Assembly: GCA_048538215.1 (NCBI GenBank)
Contig: JBLYPV010000001.1
Location: forward strand, 75,495 to 139,494
Length of the DNA stretch: 64,000 nucleotides
Direction: 5' to 3'
Source: Patescibacteria group bacterium
GTDB taxonomy: Bacteria > Patescibacteriota > Minisyncoccia > Phycocordibacterales > GCA-2747955
Numbering within the stretch: position 1 is the first letter of the stretch; each line of letters opens with the position of its first letter. Both the position numbers and the translations under genes were made by a program. The notes beneath the pieces were generated by a model. It did no database searches, was not told where the DNA came from, and saw only the letters and a program-made list of their open reading frames with translations. Positions 47,047-58,975 of the stretch are shown piece after piece.

Positions 47047-47146
47047 GTAATATAGGCAATATCTGTTACTATATGCGACATTATTGTATCTCGTATGCTT
47101 ATCGTTATTATGCATATGAGATAAAGTAATAATTAATAAGTAACAA

Positions 47147-47836
47147 TTGTCTAATAACAATATGTCATCCAAAGACACTACACAGGCAATGATTGAGGCA
47201 GGAGTACACTTTGGGTATTCAAAACGATCTGCTCATCCGTCAATGTCGCCCTTCGTATATGGGTTGAAAGACGGTGTATCAATCTTTGACTTGGAGAAAA
47301 CCCAAGAACAACTAGAAAAAGCCAAGGCATATCTTGCCGAGGTGAGCCAAAGCGGAAAAGTAATTTTCTGTGGCTCAAAGAATGAGGCTCGTAGCATTAT
47401 CAAAAAAAATGCAGAAGCTACTCATATGCCCTTTGTGACCACTCGCTGGGTGGGGGGTACACTTACCAATTGGAGCGAGATTTCTAAGCGTGTATCAAAG
47501 CTTGTACGAATGCGTGACGAGCGTGAGCGAGGCGAATTTGAAAAATATACCAAAAAAGAGCGTTTAGAATTTGATCGTGACATTGCTAAGCTTGAGAGAA
47601 ATTATGGAGGATTAGTAGGAATGAAGGAGCTCCCTAAAGCACTCATTGTTATAGATCCAAAAGCTGAAGAGGTGGCAGTAAAGGAAGCTCAGGATAAAAA
47701 TATTCCTATCATCGCCATTGCATCATCAGATTGTGATGTTACAGGTATTCAGTATGTTATTCCAGCAAATGATAATGCCCGTGCATCACTAAATATATTG
47801 ATGGGAGAATTAGCAAAAGCTATTACCAACGATTAA
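47147..47836 (+). CDS. rpsB: 30S ribosomal protein S2
   Basis: AGVHFGYSKRSAHPSMSPFVYG... canonical S2. Confidence 0.9.
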   Translation: MSNNNMSSKDTTQAMIEAGVHFGYSKRSAHPSMSPFVYGLKDGVSIFDLEKTQEQLEKAKAYLAEVSQSGKVIFCGSKNEARSIIKKNAEATHMPFVTTRWVGGTLTNWSEISKRVSKLVRMRDERERGEFEKYTKKERLEFDRDIAKLERNYGGLVGMKELPKALIVIDPKAEEVAVKEAQDKNIPIIAIASSDCDVTGIQYVIPANDNARASLNILMGELAKAITND

Positions 47837-47848
47837 GTATTACAGAGT

Positions 47849-48604
47849 ATGAGTGAAATATCACTAGAACAAGTAAAAGAATTACGAAATAAAACAGGAG
47901 TGTCTATTATGCAATGCAAGAAAGCACTCGAAGAATCAGAGGGAGATATGGAGCGTGCTTTGATTCATTTAACCAAAAAATCAGGCGAAATAGCTGCAAA
48001 AAAGGGAGATCGCGAACTACACGCGGGTACCATTGCCTCACATAATGGGGTAATGGTAGAGCTTGCTTGTGAGACAGATTTTGTATCTAACAATGAGGAA
48101 TTTCGTGCCTATGCCACAAAAATAGCAGAGCTTATTTCTCAAGAGGCAGATAAGGATGCACTCAAGGTGCTCACTGATGAAGCTACACAAAAATTTGGAG
48201 AGCGGGTGGAAATTACACGCTATCAATCACATAGTGATCAAGCAGGGGTATATGTCCATTCAAATTATTCTGTAGGAGCAATTGTAGAGTTTCAAGGTAA
48301 TGCTGGAGAATTAGCACGTAATATTGCTATGCATATTGCGGCTCAAAATCCTAGATATCTTACACGAGAGGATATTCCTGCAGAGGAGATGGACAAGGCG
48401 CGTGCAGTACTTATGGAGGAAGTGGCCGACAAGCCAGCAGATATGCAAGAAAAAATATTAGAGGGAAAGATTAATGCTTATTTTAAAGAGCGCGTCTTAC
48501 TCGAACAGAGCTACATTATGGACCCATCACAAACAGTCGCCCAGATATTGCCTGATGGAGTATCTATCACAAGCTATACTCGATTTGGAGTTGGTGAAGC
48601 ATAG
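47849..48604 (+). CDS. tsf: Elongation factor Ts
   Basis: VKELRNKTGVSIMQCKKALEESEGDMERA UBA-like N-terminus. Confidence 0.9.
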   Translation: MSEISLEQVKELRNKTGVSIMQCKKALEESEGDMERALIHLTKKSGEIAAKKGDRELHAGTIASHNGVMVELACETDFVSNNEEFRAYATKIAELISQEADKDALKVLTDEATQKFGERVEITRYQSHSDQAGVYVHSNYSVGAIVEFQGNAGELARNIAMHIAAQNPRYLTREDIPAEEMDKARAVLMEEVADKPADMQEKILEGKINAYFKERVLLEQSYIMDPSQTVAQILPDGVSITSYTRFGVGEA

Positions 48605-48652
48605 AAAATATTTTAGGAAGATTGAAATCAAAATGCGTCCTTTGGGCGTATT

Positions 48653-49138
48653 TTGTATTGGGGAAAACAAAGCAATTGGTGGGAAGAAGAGGCAGGGTAT
48701 AATAGGGCAATGAATGATGCACACTACCTCAAGCTTGAAAAGCTTTTTGAGCTCACTACAGACGTTGCTAATACTAGAGATGAAAAAGATTATAAAAAGA
48801 AGCTCAAGGGAGTGCCGTCCAACACATTTGGTGATCAGCTTTGGTGTATTCTTGGCGCACGAGAATCTTACCTACGCGTACTGCAAACGGGAAATAGCTT
48901 TGTATTTAGCTGTAGTATTGACAACCGCGCCAATAAATTACAGATGATGAAATCTCTCTTTGAGTCGAGTAGAGCTATCCTTGATTGGCTCGAACAAAAT
49001 AATTTAGATAGCGCCACACTACCAATTATTCTTAATATTCTCGAACATGAAGCTCAGCATCACGGCCAGCTTATTCGCTATTTTTATGGTAATAGATGGA
49101 TTTTTCCTCAGTCTTGGAAAGATTATTACAGAGTGTAA
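48653..49138 (+). CDS. DinB_2/YfiT-like four-helix-bundle protein (metal-dependent hydrolase superfamily)
   Basis: His-containing helices incl. EHEAQHHGQL; start ambiguous (alternative Met at 48711). Confidence 0.45.
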   Translation: MYWGKQSNWWEEEAGYNRAMNDAHYLKLEKLFELTTDVANTRDEKDYKKKLKGVPSNTFGDQLWCILGARESYLRVLQTGNSFVFSCSIDNRANKLQMMKSLFESSRAILDWLEQNNLDSATLPIILNILEHEAQHHGQLIRYFYGNRWIFPQSWKDYYRV

Positions 49139-49440
49139 GAAGCCCCGAGGTACAGCTTTTAGTTTTGTTTGAGTGTCTTTATAACTTCACTTGAACTTGC
49201 TTTATCAAAAATTCCTAACTAGTAAAAGTCCTGCCACTGCCTTACTCCGCTCGGCAACCCCGAAAGAAAAAACACTCCTTGCATTTCTGATTTGCGCGCG
49301 CTCGATTTTTTCTGGTAAAGGAGGGGTGCTTTTTTCGGGGTTCTGCCCTCCAAGTATTCGGGCAGTGTGGCGGGGCTCCAATACGGACTCGGCAAAGCGA
49401 AAATCTTTTTTTCTGGAGGGAAGGATTTTTCGCTTTGACT

Positions 49441-49520
49441 TAGCTGATTTCTCGCCCGCAGGAGGGGTCTGGGGAGGAATGCGGGCGGGATTCGCCCTGT
49501 GGAAAAGTTGTTTGCGAATT
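49441..49520 (+). mobile_element. MITE-like repeat remnant, copy 1 (retains 30 nt core GGAGGGGTCTGGGGAGGAATGCGGGCGGGA and 3' inverted terminus AAGTTGTTTGCGAA)
   Basis: Core identical to 51971..52000; 3' flank is the reverse complement of the copy-2 5' flank. Confidence 0.55.
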
Positions 49521-49560
49521 AAAATAATGCTAGAATAAAAATCTCTTAAATTTCAATACT

Positions 49561-50253
49561 ATGGCTAACCCAAAACTAAGTGAATATGTTAAAACTTCGT
49601 TGGCGCAAGGTAAACCAAAGGAAGAAATATACAAAGAGCTTCTTGGACAGGGCTGGACTATTGAAGTTATCCAAGAAAGTTTTAACTCAATCGGAACAGA
49701 ACAAGAGAAAGAAGATGCCTCAAAAAGGACTATCCGCATAATTGTAACCATTGGTGCCGTTCTTGTGGGAGCTGGAATTTTCTCTTTTGTCGCCGCTAAT
49801 TGGCTCGAAATGACAAAACCGATCAAAATCGGAATTATTTTAATCTCAATGGTTGTGTCTTACGGCGCAGGATGGTATCTCAAAGAAAAGTCGGAACTTC
49901 AAAAAACTGGTGATGCGTTAATTTTACTCGCGTCGATAATTTATGGCGCAGGAATATTTTTAGTTGCGCAAATGTTCAATATCCGAGCCAATTGGCCTGA
50001 CGGTTTTATTCTATGGATGATAGGAACAATCGCCATGGCTTTTGCGGTTGAATCGTACCCGCTTTTTTACCTCGCTATTCCGCTTGGTATCATTGCGTTA
50101 ATCGGACATCCATTCGGAATTTTCACGGGCTTTGGATATAATTCATTCTTGCTTACTTCGTCATTTCTGCTTCTTGTTGCAACAATTATCACTTTTGCCA
50201 CCGGATGGATAGTCCGCAAGAAAATACCGGCGGAACTTAAAGAATTTTATTAA
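49561..50253 (+). CDS. DUF2157-like membrane protein (soluble N-domain plus 5 TM)
   Basis: Topology and genomic association with DUF4401-like and GDYXXLXY genes. Confidence 0.45.
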   Translation: MANPKLSEYVKTSLAQGKPKEEIYKELLGQGWTIEVIQESFNSIGTEQEKEDASKRTIRIIVTIGAVLVGAGIFSFVAANWLEMTKPIKIGIILISMVVSYGAGWYLKEKSELQKTGDALILLASIIYGAGIFLVAQMFNIRANWPDGFILWMIGTIAMAFAVESYPLFYLAIPLGIIALIGHPFGIFTGFGYNSFLLTSSFLLLVATIITFATGWIVRKKIPAELKEFY

Positions 50254-50259
50254 ACCATT

Positions 50260-51366
50260 ATGTTTATCTTTAGCATATTATCATTTCTTTTTTGGCCAAT
50301 AGTTATCATCGGACTCATCGTATTTTTTGCTCGACACAGAAAGAAAAGCGGACATCCAGCAACGGATAAAGAATGGTATCTGCAATTTGCGTTATCTAAA
50401 GAAGACGCGGTTAGTCAATTTTTCCTCCTCTTGTCCGTTTTCTTTCTCGGCGTAACATTACTTGCTTTCAATAAAGATTTGGGCGATCCGTTTTCATGGC
50501 GAACTATTTTGTTTATCACTTCGGCTCTTAGCTTAGTTAGCGCATACTACTTGAAAGCACTTTACTCGCTCACCTTTGGTTTAATCGCTATTATTGCGTG
50601 GTGGGGCGCACAGGCCGCCGAATGGATACAGAGTAAAGATATTACATCATCTGCAATCTTTGTTGGATTAGCTTTTGTGGCATTACTTTTTTATTTACTA
50701 GGACATCTCCATGAAAGAGAAATGAAGTGGAAGCGATTTGCTCTCATGTACTTGGTTTTTGGGATTACCTCAATCACTGGCGCTTTATTCTTCTTTTCTT
50801 CCAAGCCGGGCCTTTCTGTTCTTGGGGAAATGACAAAAGGAGTTTCATTTTTTGGCTCGTGGCAAATAACATTATCGTTGTTTATCTTTCTAGCATCTCT
50901 CGTTGGAGTGGCGTTATACACAGTCGCCAAAAAATTAGTTTCTCCTTTAGAATTTCTTGCCGTCCTTCTGCTCACACTTTTGTTTGGTGCAATTGCTTTA
51001 CTTCCACAACAAAGTATGTTTCTTCAAGCGGGCAACTCTTACAGCTTCTACTCCGGAGGTCAAGAATTATCTAGTAGCGGTGTCTTGTGGGCTATTATCT
51101 TTAATTTTGCAGTATTCTTTGAATTACTCGGTTTGATTTTTTCTGGATATCTTCGTAGAGAAACTTGGCTTATAAATTTAGGCGCACTTTTCTTATTCCT
51201 GCTCATTATTGTTAAATACTTTGATTGGTTCTTCACCTTCCTCGACAAAAGTATCTTCTTTGTTGGTGCAGGTATTCTACTTATTGCAGTGGGTTGGTTT
51301 ATGGAAAAAGGTAGACGAATGATGATTTCGAATATCAAAGCACAAACGCAACAAATTCCACAATAA
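50260..51366 (+). CDS. DUF4401-like polytopic membrane protein (about 11 TM)
   Basis: Highly hydrophobic 368 aa; conserved trio context. Confidence 0.45.
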   Translation: MFIFSILSFLFWPIVIIGLIVFFARHRKKSGHPATDKEWYLQFALSKEDAVSQFFLLLSVFFLGVTLLAFNKDLGDPFSWRTILFITSALSLVSAYYLKALYSLTFGLIAIIAWWGAQAAEWIQSKDITSSAIFVGLAFVALLFYLLGHLHEREMKWKRFALMYLVFGITSITGALFFFSSKPGLSVLGEMTKGVSFFGSWQITLSLFIFLASLVGVALYTVAKKLVSPLEFLAVLLLTLLFGAIALLPQQSMFLQAGNSYSFYSGGQELSSSGVLWAIIFNFAVFFELLGLIFSGYLRRETWLINLGALFLFLLIIVKYFDWFFTFLDKSIFFVGAGILLIAVGWFMEKGRRMMISNIKAQTQQIPQ

Positions 51367-51368
51367 TT

Positions 51369-51923
51369 ATGATGACGAAACAGACAAAATTTATTTTAGC
51401 GATAGCTCTGCAAGTGATAATTATTTTCGCTATCGTCATTTTCAAAATGTCCGTCCTGACTGGTGGCACAGATGTTTTGTTGAAAATTGCACCAGTTGAT
51501 CCTCGAGATATGTTACGAGGAGATTATGCCACTTTTCAATACGATATCTCCAATCTTGATTCATACATTTCAGGTGGACAACAAATCAGAAACGGCGACA
51601 CAGTTTATGTTGCCTTGAGACAAAGTGGAAAATATTATTTTGCGCAAAATGTTCAAAAAACTAAACCTACTGACGGAGGAATTTTCATCAAGGGCACGGT
51701 AGCGAGTGGCGGAGTAGATACACAATCAGATGTTTTTCAAAATCAAAATTCCGGTAATTCTCGTCTCCACGTTGTTTATGGTGTAGAAGATTACTTTATT
51801 CCGGAAGGAAAGGGTCAAGGGTTTAGTTTTTGGAACAAAGAGGCCGCGGCAAGAGTCGTGGTTGATGAGAACGGCAACGCCGTTCTCAAACAGCTTTATG
51901 TTGACGATAAACCCTGGCCTTAA
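51369..51923 (+). CDS. GDYXXLXY-domain protein
   Basis: N-terminal TM then RDMLRGDYATFQYDIS (GDYxx[LF]xY signature). Confidence 0.6.
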   Translation: MMTKQTKFILAIALQVIIIFAIVIFKMSVLTGGTDVLLKIAPVDPRDMLRGDYATFQYDISNLDSYISGGQQIRNGDTVYVALRQSGKYYFAQNVQKTKPTDGGIFIKGTVASGGVDTQSDVFQNQNSGNSRLHVVYGVEDYFIPEGKGQGFSFWNKEAAARVVVDENGNAVLKQLYVDDKPWP

Positions 51924-51929
51924 TTAGTT

Positions 51930-52000
51930 TTCGCAAACAACTTTGCCTCGGCTGATTCCCCGCTCACGAAGGAGGGGTCTGGGGAGGAATGCGGGCGGGA
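51930..52000 (+). mobile_element. MITE-like repeat remnant, copy 2 (retains 5' terminus TTCGCAAACAACTT and the 30 nt core)
   Basis: Exact 30 nt core; homologous but diverged stem flanks with partly compensatory changes. Confidence 0.55.
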
Positions 52001-52006
52001 AATCAG

Positions 52007-52049
52007 TGGGACGCGCTTCGCACGTCCCACGCTATGGGGTCTTCTGTAT
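52007..52049 (+). terminator. Hairpin GTGGGACG-loop-CGTCCCAC followed by T-run (terminator of the cassette)
   Basis: 8 bp GC stem; TCTTTTTTT 10 nt downstream. Confidence 0.5.
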
Positions 52050-52074
52050 CTTTTTTTATAAAACTGGAGCCACT

Positions 52075-52150
52075 TGTCAGATTCGAACTGACGACCTACG
52101 GTTTACAAAACCGTTGCTCTACCAACTGAGCTAAAGTGGCGTGCCGAGGG
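52075..52150 (-). tRNA. tRNA-Thr (anticodon TGT), CCA encoded
   Basis: Reverse complement GCCACTTTAGCTCAGTTGGTAGAGC...TTTGTAA...GTCAGTTCGAATCTGAC...AAGTGGCTCCA. Confidence 0.85.
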
Positions 52151-52151
52151 A

Positions 52152-52233
52152 GGGAATCGAACCCTCACTCCCGAAGGAACACGATTTTGAGTCGTGCGCG
52201 TCTACCAATTCCGCCACCTCGGCATTGTTATGG
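52152..52233 (-). tRNA. tRNA-Leu (anticodon CAA), type II
   Basis: Reverse complement GCCGAGGTGGCGGAATTGGTAGACGCG...CTCAAAA...long variable arm...GGGTTCGATTCCC; 1 nt from the adjacent tRNA-Thr. Confidence 0.85.
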
Positions 52234-52375
52234 CGGCACTGTGTAAGACTGAGACTCGTATTCCTTCGAATGCAGGTATTCTAGCAGAAGATTTTATTGG
52301 TGCAAGATAAAAATAGATATCAAATTTTGATTTTTGTAATTATAATCCTGGGTGGTAGTATAGCTATGTTTGTAT

Positions 52376-52446
52376 CGGACCATAGTATAGTGGAAGTATA
52401 GGCCCATGGGGTGGGTCAGGCTCGAGTTCGATTCTCGGTGGTCCGA
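52376..52446 (+). tRNA. tRNA-Pro (anticodon GGG), noncanonical D-arm spacing
   Basis: Acceptor CGGACCA/TGGTCCG, D-stem TATA/TATA, anticodon stem-loop GGCCC-ATGGGGT-GGGTC (G37), T-arm TCGAG-TTCGATT-CTCGG; 3 nt between acceptor and D-stem and none at position 26. Confidence 0.55.
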
Positions 52447-52532
52447 CAAAGAAAAGATATATACGAGGCACCAGGGCTTTAATACATAAGGCGATACTTG
52501 TGAGTAGTGTCTATTCTCTGAAAAGGTACCCA

Positions 52533-52541
52533 TGCTATAAT
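52533..52541 (+). promoter_or_regulatory. Extended -10 TGCTATAAT 8 nt upstream of the parB ATG (leaderless)
   Basis: ORF-track ATG at 52540 lies inside the -10, so 52549 is preferred. Confidence 0.5.
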
Positions 52542-52548
52542 GTTTCTT

Positions 52549-54126
52549 ATGAACGACTTACAAGTTATTAATTCTGTCTTTAATATAGAAATTGAAAAGA
52601 TAGATCCTAATCCCAATCAGCCACGCAAGCATTTTTCTGATGAATCTTTGCGTGATTTGGCAGAATCAATTCGTCGTTATGGCGTTATGCAACCAATTAC
52701 TGTTGTGCGTCGTGAGCAAGAGACAGCAGGAGGGGGGATTATTACTCGTTATGAGATAGTAGCAGGGGAGCGACGATGGCGCGCATCAGTAATAGCAGGG
52801 ATGTCTACCATACCTGCTATTATTCGGGAGGATGCAGATAGTGAGCAAGAGCGATTTGAATTATCGGTTTTGGAAAATTTACAAAGAGAGGATCTGAATC
52901 CAGTAGATAGGGCTAGATCCTTTGAACGGCTAGTTAATGAATTTGGTATGCGTCATGCAGAGATTGCTGATCGACTGGGTAAATCTCGAGAGTATGTGAC
53001 TAATTCAATGCGAATTTTGGATTTGCCTGATAATGTACTCGACGCTCTTTCAGCAGGGGAGATATATGAAGGACATACTCGCCCAATGCTTTCTATTAAA
53101 GATCACCCAGAAGAATTGCAGGTACTATTTCAAGAAATTAAAGCAAAACATCTTACCGTCCGCCAAGCCGAAACAATGGCTAAGGCTTTGGTAGGTAAAG
53201 GTCCCAAGCCCAGTCGAGGGTCATCATCAGTGAAGCAAGATCAATATGCGCGTGATCCCGAAATCCTTGCTCTGCAAGCAAAGCTCTCTGATACATTTGG
53301 CACTAAGGTTTCAATTGATGCAAAAGATGATGGTGGTAAGCTGACCATAGATTTTTTTTCTCGTGATGACTTAAAAAAAATATTAGATTTAGTAGGCACT
53401 AATACAAGCTCGCAATATTCAGCAAATAATAATCAAAGTAGTAGCCAAGATAGTCGCCAAGAGGTGCCCCCTAAGGGGGAATTGGATGTGGATAATGACT
53501 TTCAAATTATTCCTCGCCCTAGCCACCAAGCATTTTATACCTCAAAAGCTTATTCTGATGAGAATAAATCAATTACAGATTCACCATTTAGTAGTAATGA
53601 TGCTCGAGAAGGCAAGAAAGATATCTTTGATGATATGCCACTAGGGAATGAAAGGCATATACATTTTGATGGAGAAAATCTTACAAAGCCTTTTCCACAA
53701 GAGCCAGCTTTTTCTGCACGGGAAGAAAATCCTATAGAAGAGAAAATATTAAATAATCAAGAGAATATAGATGCTCATCAAGTGGAAAATCATATACCAG
53801 ACGTGAAATCAAAGCCCGTGGGGCAATTAGGCGATGAATTTGTACCTCAAGTAGCCCCAAAAGGAATTGGGGCAGAGCTTGATTCCTCGGTATCTTTTGG
53901 TGAGGATTTTATCCCTAGAAATAGCCAATCACAAGAAAACGATCATACCCAGCCAATTTCTCGTGATGCAAAAATTACTATGGGAGGTATGGGCATGGGA
54001 GATCACCTAGGTATTGATACTAGGCAAAGAGCAACACCGAGTGCTCCTATTGATGATGCCTACATAAAATCTTTACATTCACAAGATGATGATGATCCCT
54101 ATCGTTTAGATAATTTTTCTATTTAG
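52549..54126 (+). CDS. parB: ParB/Spo0J-family partition protein with about 250 aa low-complexity C-terminal extension
   Basis: ParB N-domain (GERRWRA arginine patch, HTH); long disordered acidic/Ser-rich tail; no parA adjacent. Confidence 0.75.
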   Translation: MNDLQVINSVFNIEIEKIDPNPNQPRKHFSDESLRDLAESIRRYGVMQPITVVRREQETAGGGIITRYEIVAGERRWRASVIAGMSTIPAIIREDADSEQERFELSVLENLQREDLNPVDRARSFERLVNEFGMRHAEIADRLGKSREYVTNSMRILDLPDNVLDALSAGEIYEGHTRPMLSIKDHPEELQVLFQEIKAKHLTVRQAETMAKALVGKGPKPSRGSSSVKQDQYARDPEILALQAKLSDTFGTKVSIDAKDDGGKLTIDFFSRDDLKKILDLVGTNTSSQYSANNNQSSSQDSRQEVPPKGELDVDNDFQIIPRPSHQAFYTSKAYSDENKSITDSPFSSNDAREGKKDIFDDMPLGNERHIHFDGENLTKPFPQEPAFSAREENPIEEKILNNQENIDAHQVENHIPDVKSKPVGQLGDEFVPQVAPKGIGAELDSSVSFGEDFIPRNSQSQENDHTQPISRDAKITMGGMGMGDHLGIDTRQRATPSAPIDDAYIKSLHSQDDDDPYRLDNFSI

Positions 54127-54133
54127 ATAGATA

Positions 54134-54856
54134 TTAAAGAGAGTTTAAAAATGCATTCAGTTCTTCTCTGTTAAGTTCACGATAAGCTCCAGGGGCAAGT
54201 TTGCCAAGCTCTAAATTATTAATGCGTATGCGTTTGAGATCTTTGACCTGATAGCCAAGAGCAGCACACATTCGTCTAATTTGGTGTTTCTTGCCTTCGG
54301 TCAAAGTAATATGAAATACGCGTGGCTGTATTTTTTTTACTACTGTCGGCTTAGTTTGATACCCTTCTATCTTGACTCCATTTTGCATTGCTTGGATAAA
54401 ATTTTTATCAATGCGCTTATCTACTTCTACCACATATTCCTTACTATGATTATGCGATGGATTGAGTAGGGCATCTACAATCCTCCCATCATTAGAGAGA
54501 AGCAGGAGCCCATGAGATGCTTTGTCTAATCTACCTATAGGAGAAAGAGCTACAGGGATATCCTTGAAGTATGACTCGATACTTCGCTCTCCAAATTGCG
54601 GATTATGTGATACTACTCCAATGGGCTTATTAAAAATAATGTACCACTTCTTTTCTTGTATTTGTTTGTGGGCTTTTTTAGTAAAGCTAATAACATCTTT
54701 TTGTGATACTTGTTGTCCAAGTTTTGCTGGTATGTTATTGATGAGTACCCCACCTTCAGAGATCAATCGATCTGCAGCACGACGAGAGCAAAATCCCTTG
54801 AGAAATAAATAGCGATTAATCCGTATAGGATATTCAAGAGGAGCAGATGTATTCAT
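54134..54856 (-). CDS. rRNA pseudouridine synthase, RsuA/RluB family
   Basis: N-terminal S4 domain; catalytic motif HGLLLLSNDGRI with Asp. Confidence 0.8.
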   Translation of the reverse strand: MNTSAPLEYPIRINRYLFLKGFCSRRAADRLISEGGVLINNIPAKLGQQVSQKDVISFTKKAHKQIQEKKWYIIFNKPIGVVSHNPQFGERSIESYFKDIPVALSPIGRLDKASHGLLLLSNDGRIVDALLNPSHNHSKEYVVEVDKRIDKNFIQAMQNGVKIEGYQTKPTVVKKIQPRVFHITLTEGKKHQIRRMCAALGYQVKDLKRIRINNLELGKLAPGAYRELNREELNAFLNSL

Positions 54857-54951
54857 TTTTGTATTATTGCATAATTTTCACACTAATAAAGAATTTATAT
54901 TTATATATCCTTGTGTGGAAAGAATAATTGGGGAAATACTAGCCCAAGCGG

Positions 54952-54957
54952 TATAAT
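54952..54957 (+). promoter_or_regulatory. -10 TATAAT 8 nt upstream of in-frame ATG 54965 (leaderless)
   Basis: GCGGTATAATGAAATGCATGG. Confidence 0.45.
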
Positions 54958-54964
54958 GAAATGC

Positions 54965-56158
54965 ATGGCGCACACACCACGATTTTTGCGGTCATTTGAT
55001 GGTCGTTATACCGAGCTTGTTTTGAGCTATCTTTCTGATAATGTGGCAGCTACTCTTTATTATCATAGCAAGGATGCTGAGCCACGGGTACTCGCACACA
55101 TTCAAAAGAGTCTACCTGTTTTTAAGCGTCACCCTAGTCGCCGAGAGATTATAGATGAATCTCTTTTTCTTAGCAAAAGTGTTTGCGAAGAGGTACTTCG
55201 TGAAGCATACGAGCTCTATCAAATTAAAGATTTACTCAAAGATGATCAAAGAATTGATAAGGTTTCTTGTTTTCTTTCCGTACCTTGGCTACGATACGAG
55301 CACTACAACTGCCACCTTGAATTTGACACTCTCGAGCGTATTGATAAAGATACAATCAACAAAGAGCTCCGTGAGAATATCCCTCAAGCGCATATGCGTG
55401 TAGATAGGCACATCGCTCCTATTTTTGCTAATGGCTATGCTACTCGATTGGATGTAGCCTTATCTAACAAGATCCGTACCCTAAGTTTTGGAGTAATAGA
55501 AAGCTTTGCTCGCCTCGATGAACTTGAAACACTTTATCAACTACTTCTTACCGAGCTCAATATTGAGCCAAATCAATTATCTTTTTATTCGGTAGGAAAT
55601 AACTTGCGTGCATTTACTCAAGCGCAATATGCTCCTGAACGAGAATATGTATCTGCTCATATTCATGGCTACTCTAGTGATGTAGTGGTAGTAGAGCAAG
55701 GAGAGATTAGCTATGCTGGATTGATTAATTATGGCTACTATGATTTTATTGATCGTCTGAAAAGGTCAGGGATTGCTCCTGATTTTCAAAGTGTTTGGAG
55801 TATACTTGCAATGAGGAGTCGTAATGAGCTTGATGATGCCACGAAAGAGCAAGTACTAAAAGTTGGCAAGGTGATAGTAGAAGACTACGAGCAAGCAATT
55901 AAAATATCTATGGCTGATCAGCTAGGACTTAGTGAGCAAATATGGACAGAAATACCTCGAGATTGGTACGTATTGGGTGATCAATCTATAGGAAGATATT
56001 TTGCTCAATTTTTATACGATGAGGATCCTACGCGACGTGTCGTTGCTCCGCTAGCTCGGGAGGAACAGAAGTATGACCACGCATCTCACATACAGGTACT
56101 TCACAACGCTCTTATTCGTTATCGGCAAGAGCAAAGTGGTTTGGTGCTCGTACAATAA
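54965..56158 (+). CDS. Actin-fold (ASKHA) protein, PilM/FtsA-like (tentative)
   Basis: Segments LVLSYLSDNVAATLY and HIHGYSSDVVVVEQGEISYAGLINYGYYDFIDRL align to the PilM phosphate-binding loops. Confidence 0.4.
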   Translation: MAHTPRFLRSFDGRYTELVLSYLSDNVAATLYYHSKDAEPRVLAHIQKSLPVFKRHPSRREIIDESLFLSKSVCEEVLREAYELYQIKDLLKDDQRIDKVSCFLSVPWLRYEHYNCHLEFDTLERIDKDTINKELRENIPQAHMRVDRHIAPIFANGYATRLDVALSNKIRTLSFGVIESFARLDELETLYQLLLTELNIEPNQLSFYSVGNNLRAFTQAQYAPEREYVSAHIHGYSSDVVVVEQGEISYAGLINYGYYDFIDRLKRSGIAPDFQSVWSILAMRSRNELDDATKEQVLKVGKVIVEDYEQAIKISMADQLGLSEQIWTEIPRDWYVLGDQSIGRYFAQFLYDEDPTRRVVAPLAREEQKYDHASHIQVLHNALIRYRQEQSGLVLVQ

Positions 56159-56216
56159 TGCTTTTATTTGACCCTGTGTATGGTATCATTCTCATTGTTA
56201 GTAATATCTTTGTCTT

Positions 56217-58962
<2,746 letters not shown>

Positions 58963-58975
58963 GTAATAGATTGAT

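Noticed and set aside
49191-49538. 115 aa plus-strand ORF in the GC-rich intergenic segment
   Set aside because: Runs through repeat cores and hairpins and has low-complexity composition. Better explained as non-coding structured DNA or RNA.
51943-52134. 63 aa ORF after the GDYXXLXY gene
   Set aside because: Covers the MITE-like core and the tRNA-Thr gene. Not coding.
52240-52375. AT-rich region upstream of tRNA-Pro as a possible small ORF or ncRNA
   Set aside because: It contains only a plausible -10 (TATAAT at 52341..52346). No structure or ORF of note.
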